From Antedon mediterranea (Eukaryota; Animalia; Echinodermata), in assembly GCF_964355755.1 (NCBI RefSeq), contig NC_092673.1:17543648-17607647 (forward strand): a DNA stretch of 64,000 nt, in the 5' to 3' direction. The position numbers were made by a program, and so were the translations under genes. Each line of letters opens with the position of its first letter. The stretch's first letter is position 1. Below are positions 40,545-54,500 of this stretch, in pieces. Under the pieces are notes generated by a model that saw nothing but the letters and a program-made list of their open reading frames with translations, was not told the DNA's origin and made no database searches.

Positions 40545-42097
40545 AATTACATTTTTTTAAATATAAGAAAACGTTTAAAATATTTTGTTGCTCCTAATCT
40601 ATACTTTACATGGGTTAATGGAGATAATTTTGACACAATTTGATCTGTATATCACATGACTTTTAAGTTTAACCCAATGTCGTAACTCTTTGTATGGCAC
40701 TGGCTCTGCCCATAATTTGTTCGTTTACATTGGTTAATAGGAATTATGATATCTTCCTAACACTATCTTTGTTTATATGAAGATAGATAGGTAAACACGA
40801 TTTATATTTTCTATTTAATAGGCTAGCATGCAAGACTGATTGGGAAGTCATGTGACTCACAGAAGCAGTGACAATTATAAACACCCTATAGTCAAGTAGC
40901 GTCTGTTGATGTAGAGCTGTTCAGTTGGACTGATTTACCAGTGGATGGAGGATTGTTTCCAGGGTAGGGTACCAACAATTCTGTTGTTCAGATTCAGTTG
41001 TAGTGTGAGTTTTTATATTATTTATTTAATATTTAATTTGACTTACAGAATTGTGCTTTGTTTTATGACAATTACAGGAATAGCAATACTTTGTTTGGAA
41101 ATGTTGGTTTATGGCAACCCAGTTGCATCCATTGAAGTGTTTCTCAACTATTTTATTTTTACAGCAAAAATTGCAATACAATAAAATTACAGATTTTAAT
41201 TCGAAATTCAGAGGCTTAAAAGGTAATCTTGGTGAACACTACAAGGGTGATCACTATCTTTTGCTCAAATTCTGCCTATGTTATCACTTACCTTTTAGGA
41301 TTTTCATTTAATAGCACATAAATTGTTCAATAAACTTGTGTTAAAATGTTAATATCAAACGTACTAATGTCTGTTGTTGGAGAGTACAAAGGTCACAGAA
41401 GTTAGGCTGCTGAATATCTTGTAGTACTAAGTATATATTGAACGAAACATGTCTGACATGAAAATAAAAAAAGGTGTATTAGCCTGATAGTACAGTGATA
41501 CGCCCGTATTCTTAAACCGGACTTTAGTCGTAGTTTGAACTTTGACTTCAAAAAGTGTTAGTTCGAGCTACAGGCTCTAGACCCCTTGATTTCTATGCTA
41601 CAATTTACCCGATAAATATAGGCATATTTTGAACTTTAAAGGTCACTTTTTAAAATTGAAAAAATGGATTGACACAGTTATTGTGCATCGGTTTTTTGCA
41701 CGCAGTATTTTATTTATGCATTATGAAAAATGGAAAAAGTGGCTACCCTAAATCTGATTAAAATTGCCTCAAATGACGCTAGAACGCGTTGCTTCCAGGG
41801 GCTTCGCCATCTGGACCCCCACCGGGGGCCCTTGGCGGCCCCTCCCTGACACCCAGCATAGAGAGAGATTAACCAAATTATTAACCAAATAACTGATACG
41901 TTTTTCTGATACTCACAATTGCCTAGAGGGATGTTTTTGCTGTTTTTTTAGGGTATAAAGTATAGCGGCCAAACTGAATGGCAGCCATTTGTTGTGTATT
42001 AATTAAAGAAAAGTCATAATTGCCGTTTGGGAAAATGAATCCACAAAACAATGTTTCCAGTTGTTGATCTTTCAATCAATTATTATGAACAAAACAA

Positions 42098-42425
42098 TAA
42101 TCTTCATTCAGTAACGCCAGCATACAAGTCATCTTCATTCAGTAACACCAGCATACAGGTCGTCTTCATTCAGTAACGCCAGCATACAGGTCATCTTCAT
42201 GTAGTAACACCAGCATACAGGTTGTCTTCATTCAGTAACGCCAGCACACAGGTCATCTTCATTCAGTAAAACCAGCATACAGGAGTCATCTGCATGCAGT
42301 AACACCAGCATACATCTCATCTTCATTCAGTAACACCAGCATTTATACAGGTCATCTTCATTTAGTAATATGCAGACATACAGGAGTCATCTTCATGCAG
42401 TAACACCAGCATACAGGTCATCTTT
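42098..42425. repeat. about 31-bp tandem repeat, about 10 copies, just upstream of the first coding exon of gene 2
   Basis: Unit tcttcattcagtaacaccagcatacaggtca. Confidence 0.9.
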
Positions 42426-42564
42426 CATTCATTTAATGCAAAGGTTTCTGTCTGATGGAATTATGTTTTACATTCATATTTTCAGAAGAGAATGTGTAGT
42501 CTTACTTTTACACTAGAAGCTATCGGCATTAAGAATTGTTAAATGAAGACACTGTATTTTTGCA

Positions 42565-45500
42565 ATGGAAAGGTACGTTTTTAACAATTATTTCAAACAA
42601 AAATAACCAGCTCCAATATGTGTTGATATTATTGAAATATGTAACTATTAAAAACAAATTAAAATGTTTGAATAGTTATATTGACATACATATATATAAC
42701 ATACTTTATAATCAGAATTTATAGTTCAAACAAAAAGAAAACACTTTGATTTTAAGATATTCTTTTGAGAAAAATACTTCAAACTTTCTTAAAAGATTAT
42801 AAAATCCAAAATTATTTCTTTCTTTCTTTAAAAATTATGAAATCATAAATATACAATTAAAGCGCTTATTCTCATTAAATATAATAATAATAATATTTCC
42901 ATCAATCATCATTCTCAATAAATACACGGGTATAAATGGATTATTTCTTACATTTTGACAGGAAACATTTGGTAGAAGCTTGGTCAAGGAATGATTTGAA
43001 AACAATTAAACAAATCTGTAAGACGCAACCAGGTCTTCTGAAATCTATCAATGAGGTATAAAAACAGATATATTTTTATAATATTATCAAAGAAGAAATT
43101 CTTTTCATTAAAGTTTAAAATTATAGAGGATGTAATTTTATTTAATAGTTTAAAGCTTTTTTACTTAATGAATTACAATTCTTTTGCATTATCACACTGA
43201 TGATGGAGGTATAACCTGCATATACTGATTAACCACATTAGGCTAAAAATAATAATATAGATACACACTGATGATGGAGGTATAACCTGCATGTACTGAT
43301 TAACCACATTAGGCTAAAAATAATAATATAAATACACACTGATGATGGAGGTATAACCTGCATATACTGATTAACCACATTATACACACTGATGATGGAG
43401 GTATAAACCTGCATGTACTGATTAACCACATTAGGCTAAAAATAATAATATAAATACACACTGATGATAGGGGTATAACCTGCATGCACTGATTAACCAC
43501 ATTAGGCTAAAAATAATAATATAAATACACACTGATGGGTATGGCAAGCCTCAGCTGTCTGGAGTATTCGAAATATTATATTATTAATAATGTGGTAAAC
43601 CATTCTATTTTGTTCTACTCATTTATTAATAATGATAATTATGATTATTTACCACAATATTTAGCAGCAATTGTTGTTGTTTGTATTGACAAAAAACAAA
43701 CAATTTCACATAATGTCTGTTGTCAATATTTATAAACTTTATTGTGATTCCTTTCCAGGATGGTGAAACTCCATTACATATATATCTGTGGAGTGGATAT
43801 CCACCTAACTTAGAAATAGTGACGTGTCTCATTCAGCATGGGGCACCAGTAGCATTGCAAAATAAGGTAATGTACAGGGATTTGCTGGTGTAATAGGCTA
43901 ACATTCTATAGATATGCTGTGGTAAACCATTCTATTTTGTTCTACTTATTTATTAATAATAATAATTATGATTATTTACCACTTTATTTAGTAGCAATTG
44001 TTGTTGTTTGTATTGACAAAAAACAAACAATTTCACATAATGTCTGTTGTCAGTATTTATAAACTTCATTATGATTCCTTTCCAGTATGGTGAAACTCCA
44101 TTACATTCATATCTGAGGAGTAGATATACACCTACCTTAGAAATAGTGACTTGTCTCATTCAGCATGGGGCACCAGTAGCATTGCAAAATAAGGTATTGT
44201 ACAGGGATTTGCTAGTGTAATAGGCTAACATTCTATAGATATGCTGTGGTAAACCATTCTATTTTGTTCTACTCATTTATTAATAATGATAATTATGATT
44301 ATTTACCACAACATTTAGCAGTAATTGTTGTTGTTTGTATTAACAAAAAACAAACAATTTTACATAATGTCTGTTGTCAGTATTTATAAACTTCATTATG
44401 ATTCCTTTCCAGAATGGTGACACTCTATTACATTCATATCTGTGGAGTGTACGTACACCTACCTTAGAAATAGTGACTTGTCTCATTCAGCATGGGGCAC
44501 CAGTAGCATTGCAAAATAAGGTATTGTACAGGGATTTGCTAGTGTAATAGGCTAACATTATATAGATCTGCTGAAGTAAACCATTCAGCAGTAATTGTTG
44601 TTGTTTGTATTTACCAAAAAAAAAACAATTTTACATAATGTCTGTTGTCAGTATTTATAAACTTCATTATGATTCCTTTCCAGAATGGTGACACTCTATT
44701 ACATTCATATCTGTGGAGTGTACGTACACCTACCTTAGAAATAGTGACTTGTCTCATTCAGCATGGGGCACCAGTAGCATTGCAAAATAAGGTATTGTAC
44801 AGGGATTTGCTAGTGTAATAGGCTAACATTATATAGATCTGCTGAAGTAAACCATTCAGCAGTAATTGTTGTTGTTTGTATTTACCAAAAAAAAAACAAT
44901 TTTACATAATGTCTGTTGTCAGTATTTATAAACTTCATTATGATTCCTTTCCAGAATGGTGACACTCTATTACATTCATATCTGTGGAGTGTACGTACAC
45001 CTACCTTAGAAATAGTGACTTGTCTCATTCAGCATGGGGCACCAGTAGCATTGCAAAATAAGGTATTGTACAGGGATTTGCTAGTGTAATAGGCTAACAT
45101 TATATAGATCTGCTGAAGTAAACCATTCAGCAGTAATTGTTGTTGTTTGTATTTACCAAAAAAAAAACAATTTTACATAATGTCTGTTGTCAGTATTTAT
45201 AAACTTCATTATGATTCCTTTCCAGAATGGTGACACTCTATTACATTCATATCTGTGGAGTGTACGTACACCTACCTTAGAAATAGTGACTTGTCTCATT
45301 CAGCATGGGGCACCAGTAGCATTGCAAAATAAGGTATTGTACAGGGATTTGCTAGTGTAATAGGCTAACATTATTTTCTATTTTGTTCTGGTTTACCACA
45401 TTATTTAGCAGTAATTTTTACTGTATTGTCTCATATTATGGTATATCTGCAGCACTGCAAAATAGGGTAATGTAGGCTTACAAAGAATTGTCAGGACAAT

Positions 45501-48500
45501 TTCACATTTTATTGTTATCAGTATTTATAAACTTCAACTTCAGTATCAATTAGCCTCCATATTAATCAATAGTATTACTACCTCAAAGAGTAGTATTATT
45601 TAATCAGACTTACAGATATAGAATTCTCAAGTGTTTGATTTTTTTCACATTTTTCTCTTTTTACACATAGCACATTCTAACAAGTTTGTTTTGATTTAGA
45701 TATTCATTTATAAGTCAACTATAATTGTAATGTGTTGTTGTTGTTTTAATATTTCATTTGTATCTGGATAGTATCCAAATATTATTTTCTTTGAAAGTTT
45801 ATAGTAAAACTATTTGTTGTTTTATATTATGGCTCAAACATTTTAACACATTTACCTACTGTTCCAAAGTAAACTTTTATTCAATTTATCTCTCTCTCTC
45901 TCAATGTTGAAGGCGGTAGACTATAAACGGCAGCGCTTAAGTTTTGGTTTGGATACAGGAGTTATAGGTGGCGCACTGTACAAGTTGATGTCATTTATTG
46001 GCAAATAGTAATTTCTATTCACGTCCTAATTTACAACCAATGTTAAAAAATAGTAAATCTACGTGTTATCACATGATGCTCTTTCATCCAATCTCTAGAT
46101 GGTAAATGTTTGAGCCATGACTGTATGTATGTGATGCGTATTAAAGTGTGTTATATTGTATATCAATAATTTCTCAAAAACTACTAAGTAACTACACCCA
46201 TTTTTTAATAGGATGGAAATACACCTGTCTCTGTTTTAGAAAGTAACAGGTGGATAGGGTACCAGAGAAAAATTGAAATTTTAAACTTCTTTAAAAGTAA
46301 GTGAAGTTTTAATTATTAAAATTTTGGAATCAACTAGTTTTCATTACAAACGATAAAGATTTGATTTTTTGTCCCAAATGAAGAAGACTGTCCAGATAAA
46401 GAAAATTAACATTTATGATATCATTCACAGGTTCAGATGGCAATAGATTAAATAATCCACTGGGATTGTAGTAAACATGGAAGTTGTGATATGTTGCAAG
46501 ATGTAAAAACCTTATTTTTTATGATTTGAAAATTGCAAATAAATTAGAAAAATTATTTTGCCATTACGATAAAAATACACAAAAATGCAAACTTTAAAAT
46601 TCCTTTGAATTAACAATATTGAATAAATTTGGCCACACTTTTTTTTTATGGAACGTCATTTTTCACATCAAATCAATCTCTTTATTCATCAATACATCAA
46701 AACAATTATACATAAACAAATTAAAGATGTGAAGATGAAAGGGACCTCCAAGAAACCCAAAGGGACTTGTGATAAAAGGACCACTATAAGCTAGTTACAA
46801 AAAAAACATACAAAAAATAAATTAATAAAATTAATAAAAATCCTGTATAGACAAATACACGGGATGCGCATTGTTAAGGAATATTTGAACTTTATTAATT
46901 GCATATAAATGTAAATGTAGAATATTTTTTTTTTAAATGTAATCTATTTTATATATAATGGTATTATTTAAAATATGTATTCGCAATCGAGGCAAACAAT
47001 TTACGATAGGAGGAGATAAATATTGAATTTAACAAGGCCATATAGATGTCTGCAGTCGCTTGCTCAAGTTAGTGTTTACCAACCGACCGACATAGTGAGT
47101 TGTAGAGTGGCGTTGCACGTGACTAAAAATCTAATTTTCTTGTTAATCCCATTTTTTGTTTCCACAATGAATGAATTTTCTTCACATACTTTAAGCCAGC
47201 TTAAGAATTCTATTTCTCTGTATGTAAAATTAAGCATCATACATAATGTATTTTACCTTGGCTCCTACAATTGTATTATCTTGCAACTTCTTATGCAAAT
47301 AGGCACAAAATAATAAGTAATATTTGAGCATAAACGCTTAAATAATTGTAAAAGTTGTTATAAATTAATGAGCTTTCAGTAGAGTACTTATACACAGAAT
47401 AATAGAATATTGCATTCATATTTTGTTTCTTTTTCTTCCCAACTTGTTGTTACTTTTTTCTGGGAGCCTAGGCTTAAAGTTTTATACTTTTAAGGTTTCC
47501 TTCCACACATACTATGTTTTATTAATTATTATCTTACATGTTTATATAATTATTATTTTATGTATTTTTAATATGTGTGAAGAATATTTATTCAATATCT
47601 ATTGAATATTGCATAAACGAATTAAATTTCAAATATTTATCCTTGGCTTGGTGTAGGCCTACTAAAAAAGGTTGAGAATACAGAACCAAAACTGATAGTA
47701 ATGTATGACAAAGTGAACAAACTTTTATAGTCTAAGGAACTTTCTTAGTCAATACATACAAGATTAAACCATTAGGTAAGAGTTCAAAATCTATTTCAAA
47801 GACCCTTTCCTTACAATTTTCGACGTTTTGTAAAAATAATGGAATATTACTTTAAAAACATTAAACCAGGTTATTCCTTGTCTTAGATGTACGTTTTATG
47901 GTAATTTATGATAAAATGAGAGAAAAAATGCACTACCTAAGTAGCTCGCAGTTTATTTATTATTATAAAGTTTATTAAAATCATTAATAAACTTATATTA
48001 TATATTTGATACTTTCTGATCGTACCAGACGTAACCATAGCCAGTGGAACAAAGCAATGATTTTTAACCAATAACGAATAATAAAAATAAAGCAATCAAT
48101 GTTTAAGGATAGTCTGCCTAATTCTGATCCGACAGCCACGCTGGGTGTGCTGTTTCCAATGCCTAAAATGAATCTTGAAAAACGTGTCTGTAAATGATCA
48201 ATTGGTGATAAATTCGAAAAGCCCCATGTCTCACTCCCGTAAATTAAAATTTGTAAAACTTTGTCAAAAATGTGTTTCCATATATTCTCTGGTAGGTATT
48301 GTGTTTTGCTAATAATTGATTGTAAATAGTACGTACGTTATTTGTTTTTTGACAATTGTGTTCAATTGTGTTATTCCACTGACCATTTGAATTGAAAACC
48401 ACTTCCAAGTAAGTATACGATTTAACAACTTCCATTTTAATGTTTATGTAATACCATTTTTCATATTTTCTTAATTTTTCATCTTTTTTAAATACCATTA

Positions 48501-51500
48501 TTTTTATTTGTTTACATTACACTAAGACGTGTCACAAAATATTTCCAATATAATTATTAAATGTTGTAAGCCTTTACTGTGTCTGCGAATAGTAATAAAT
48601 CAGCAGCATTATTACTTTCGTTATTTTGATTTAGCTAGTAATTCATAAATATATTAAATAGAGATGATGGCAGGGGTGACCCTTGTTGTATTCCAATTGA
48701 ACATTCAAATAGGAGCGTTAATGAGTTTCCTATTTTTACATGTGCTAATAATTGGAAACTAAATAATAATATATATGACGTCATATAATATTATTGACGC
48801 CTATTCTTAATTTTAATAATAGAAAATTATGCTTTATACTGTCAAGTGCACGTTTTAGATGAACGAAGCAACAAAATAGTCTACCCCTTTTTTTACGTAG
48901 ATATTTTTTAATTATCCTGTTAAGAATGAAAATATTATCTAATGTGCGGAATCCCTTGCGAAAACTTGATTGTTCTTATTAAATAATGTTATTGTTTTCA
49001 GTTAGTTATTCTAGTGTTAAGGATGTTTAAAAATATTTTGCCAAGAATTGGAATTAGAGAAATGCCCCTATATTAAATACTAGGCTAGACTTACCAAATA
49101 TTTATTTTGTTTTCAAATTTAGCGCCAGCTGAACCGCTGCTTCAATAGGCTAAAATAGTCCTTGGCTGTACTGCTAATAACTAATTGTACTGTATATTCA
49201 TTACATTGGTGGGGGGCGGGGGGCGGTGTTCTTCTAAACACCAAGCCCTTCAAAGTATAACTAAGCTCTACCAAGTGTATAAAGTGTATATTTTACAAAT
49301 ATTTATATATACAAACATTTAGAGTTTTTAATCAATTATGCAAGCAAGCAATTATGACACATTGTACATTCTAGGCTGATGTTTAAATTTTTTATTTTTT
49401 TAAATTAATATTTACAAAGTGTAGCGTACACACATAATGGGGAACTAACGACTGGGGACAGTGGGCACGTTTTCTGAGCGTGCTTTAGTAGGACCAGAAA
49501 AGCGCCCTTATTGTAAGCCTTTAAAGGTGCAATTCCAGGTCTATATTGGCAAAATTGTTTGACATCAGCCTAAACCATGGTGGGGCTCGAGTTATCTTTA
49601 TTGTGTTTTGACAAACAGGTATAAAAACAAAATTGATTACTGGTCATAAAACAGAATATAAATTAAAATATTCAAAAAGTTAATTCAAAGCATATTGAAA
49701 ACTTACGATAGATGTTTTTAATCGCATTTCCTACTGCCTAATGAATCATACCAGTTATTCATTTCAGGATTACTTTATTTTCACTTTACCCATTGAAACC
49801 ATGCTAATCAACCGTATGTTGCTAATTTCAACGATTTAGATTCAGGATCGCTGTCAAAAAATGTTGCATAACGTCTATATGTTTGGATGAGTTTGAGTTC
49901 CACAATTTTTATTAGGACATAATTTAAATTAATAACAGTAGTTGTTAACTGTATACATTGTAGTTAAAAATATACATTATTATTATTATTATATTATATT
50001 CAGAATGAATGATTGCTTGTACACAGTCACCCACAAGTGTTTGTAAGGCTTTGTATCACACAGAGCCTTTATATAACCTTATACCATTGAAAAAAAAAGC
50101 TATGACTTTTAATATAGTGTTTTTTATGAAAATTAAATATGTAATATTTTGGTTTTGTGCATTTTTTTAGATTTACCAAGTACTGTTGATGAGCAATTTC
50201 AAACACAATTTCAGAAACAGGCAAGTGACGAACAGAAAACAAAACTTCTTAAGCCAGAGAGTGGTAAGTTTAAGAATAAGAGCTGCTGTATGTTTTATGA
50301 TTGTATCTATATATAATTTAACAGAATTGTGATTAAAATGGGATTTCAGTAAAGAGAGAAGTAGACGCTAATGTTATTTAAAAAAACATTTCTGAGCGGT
50401 ACTGTAAAAAGGCGAAAAGTGTCCAACTGATAACAAATAACAAATGGAGAGATTTTATTTATCATAAATAAAACAAACAGTTGATTGTTTCCATTTAAAA
50501 TACTGTAATAATGCAATGAAGCTAGTTTGCAGATTTATGTGGCATGCTTGCTTGATTTTTGCTTGATTGTTGATTTTTAGGTTATATGCATTATCATGCG
50601 ATCACGCACGTACAACCTTTCTTTAATAATATCATCATATTTTATTCACTTTTCAACTCGAATTTGCGTTATACGAGCACGTCAAAAGTGACAGGCTACG
50701 CACGTGTAAGTTAACAAAATGGTAAAAATATGCTAAATTTTAAAAATAATATAGATCGTCAGAATGCTCGGGAACACATATTTTTTATTTCATTTTCTTG
50801 AAGTGTATGTATCATATGTATGATTTATTATGAAATTAAGAGTACAAAAGTTGATCAAGTCATCATTAATTGCATTTTAAATTTAAAAAAATTTATTTCG
50901 ACAATCAAAAAATTATGACATTTTCTTAGGCCGAAATAACAAACTTTAACTTTCTTCCTTCAAAATAAAAGTTCATATATTAAAGTTAAAAGTATATAGT
51001 TTGACAGTGCATGATTTTTTAACATTTTTAAAGATGTCATCATAGTAAAAAATACACGGAGGAATCTTTCTACAACTTTTAGTCAGTTGTGTATGGCTCG
51101 GTGGTCTGTGCTCGTGTCTATGGCATTCAAGGTACCAAGATCGAGTCTCATATTGGGAAACGAAATAATATTTTTTTTATTATCCATATTGTTTGTTAGT
51201 CATTTTATTTGTTAGTGTATAGATTATACACATAATTTATAATGAAATCTAGATAAAAAGTAAGTAATGTCTTTATTATTATGTAGTGGTTTATGACATT
51301 ATACGCAGAGGGATCTTTGATCGGATTGTGATACAGAATATTGTATTCGCATTAGCAAGGTCCTATATCTATATATAAATTTACGTAAGGGCAAAATTCG
51401 CGGTTTATTTCTAGAATTTATACTCAATGGTATATAAAGTTGGTTCGTACTTTCGGTACTCATTTTAACCATCTGATGTAACCCTGTTTACTAATTAAAT

Positions 51501-54500
51501 TGAGTTAAATAATTAGTTATTGACAATTAAAACAAATTCAGGTTCAACGATTTGCCCCAAATAGGGGTGTTTCGTGGTTGTGGTATACACTGTATAATGG
51601 ATGTCAATCTTAATAAATACCCACACACAATAATACGAGGATGCTTCGCATTTTCCTATCTCCTCCTCAATAATTGTTTTTAATAGCTGAAAACTGGTTG
51701 AACAGCTCGAGTACAGCATCATAATGTTGAAGATTTTCTTTAAAAAATACTATTTTGATAGATTTAATAAACGTTTATACAAATGTTTTGATCTGGGATA
51801 AATGGAACATTCCAATCTCTGTTCCACAAGTTTCTATTCCCTTAGGCGTCGTAAAGACAAGTACAGTCATAACAGAAATTCGATCCATTTTTTTTCAATC
51901 TGTGCGGATTACCAATAAAAAAAAAAACCAAAATTCATATCTTTAACAACGCATTAACAGGAATACTATCAAGTTTCCAACTCTTAACCAACGGAGGAAC
52001 TACTTTTATTGTATTTGTCTCTATAAATGTATCAATGTGTCATTTGGGTCCTTTCTCCTTTCTTTATTTGAATGAATATTCTTAAAAACGGATTTACCAT
52101 TTTATGGGCCCTCAACAAGACAAAACAACAAACAACAACAAAGAATTATAAAAATTAAAATAAAGATATGAACAAGATGATAATGACAAAGAAGTTTGTG
52201 TTAATAAGAATGATATTACTCTAACATAATAATTAGTATCATATTTTAACACAAAGAATATAATGCTGATTATTAAGATAAACATAAAGTGTGTAGTTTT
52301 GTTGTACTGTAGTTGAATTTCTAAAGCTGATTATAGATATAGAAAGTTATTATAATGTTTCACAAATCTTTCTGAAAACAATGATTTCAACAATAAATAT
52401 AGCATAGCATAGTTAAATGTAGACAGTGAACAATTTTATTCCCTGGTGGTAGTGTTTTCTCTGCTTTGGCCCTCCTCAGCACTCCACATTTTGCTGAAAC
52501 AAATAAAAATTGAAATTTACATCATTGTGTGAACAGGTGCCATGTTAAAATATATTAAATATAAATTAGACAAATTTCATATATATCTTGTTTTTAAAAT
52601 AGACTTATATATATATTATATAAAAATCATAGATAAAATCTCATTGATTAGATGATAAGTGAGAGTACCAATGCCTATTATTGTAGATAAAGGTTATATA
52701 TAATAATATGATACCATGATGATGATCAAGATATGATAATGACACTCGGGCTATGTTCAGACATAGCCTCACCAGCCTTTGTAACCTACACCAGTATAAA
52801 AATAGATAAATTATTATTATATGGTAGCATTATGAACATTAACAATTTTTGCCAAGTTGTGTCTTTTAATATTTCTTTTTATGAAAAATATGTGTAAAAG
52901 ATTTTGTATGTTACATTTTTTAGATTTACCAAGTCTTGTTAGTAAACAGTTTGAGAAACTAATGGTTGAAGAACAGAAAACAAAGCTTAAACCAGTGATT
53001 GGTGAGTTTAAGAATCGTATAAGGAGTTGTATGGTTCAATGTAACATATTGTGATTAAAATGGTATTTCAGTAGTGGACTTGTAGTAAGAATTTCATTCA
53101 TTTATTTTATCATATATTATATAATATACAAATTCTTATAATTGCGTGCAACTTCAATAGCTTAAATTGTCCTTGGCTGTACTGCTATGATTATAAGTTT
53201 CTCACTCATGGTTCAAAATTTGGCACAAAACATTTTCAATGAGTTGAAAGATTAAGAGAATAATTTAATTGGTCAGATGTTTTGTCTTATTCTGACGTAA
53301 TTGCACTGTATACTCAGTTCAATGAGAACACTTTGCGAACAAATTTAAAAGTATTTGACAGATTGGACTCAAACCCATGACCTCCAGATTACTAGCATTG
53401 CGTATATACCTCCAGACCACCGAGCTCAGTAGTATAGAGAGGTTTGAGTCCCATCCACACACTCATTATAGTGTAAATATCTTTTTAAATGGTTACATAT
53501 TATTTTAGTTACTGTTCATGTATTTATTACAACAGATGGCATGGTAATGATACCACAACCAAAGTTGGCTGCAATAATATTAAAAACAGGAAAAACTATT
53601 TTTGTTATAAAATTAAATAGAACTAACACTGTGCAATTCAAGTTGAAATAAATGAATTGAGGAAAATAGACAATCTTACATTGCTGTATATAAATTGTTC
53701 TGCTAGTTAACTTAATGACATGTTCAAATATAAGCTGTATTACTGTATCTACTACTGTACTGTTAATATAATCTTGACAATAAAGATGATTTGGTACTAT
53801 TTTTGTTAAGGAGTTATACTCTAAAGAGAGCTAACATTGTAACTTTGTCATGGAAGAAAGTATAATTGTATTATGAAGGAGATTGCAACAATTACTATAT
53901 AAACACAATTCAAATAATATTTCATTCTGCAGATCAAATGGAGTTAATTGTGGACTCTACAGGTGGAACTCTTCACCTTAAGGATGAAGACATCAAGTTG
54001 GAGATACAACCTGGAGCAATTGAAGAAGGAAAAACAGTTAAAATATCACTAGAAAATATTTTGGAGGAAACAGACATGCCTGTATTTCATCCACTTGAAT
54101 CAATAATATCACCTATTGTTAAATGTGGACCAGAAGGCACCATCTTCCACAAGCCCTGTTTACTGTCATTTCCACACAATGCTGTAAATGAAGAGTTTTG
54201 GGAATTCACTTTACTTTTTCAAAAATGCTCTCAAGATAAATGGAAAAAACTGACAGAAAGTAATGAAAAGGACATCAATTTTACATTAAAGAATGGTCGA
54301 TGTTTTATAAATTTAATTCACTTCAGTGGTTTTGCATTTATGGGTCGAATAAGAAACGTTTTTCATGCTAAGAAAAGTATAAAATTTGGAGTCTTTGGAA
54401 AGATGATTGTAAATGAATATCAGCTTCGAGTAAAATTTTGGATGCCGGAAAAACAGCAGGTCATTTTAAATTTGTTTAAATATTCATATTCTTTATTTCA

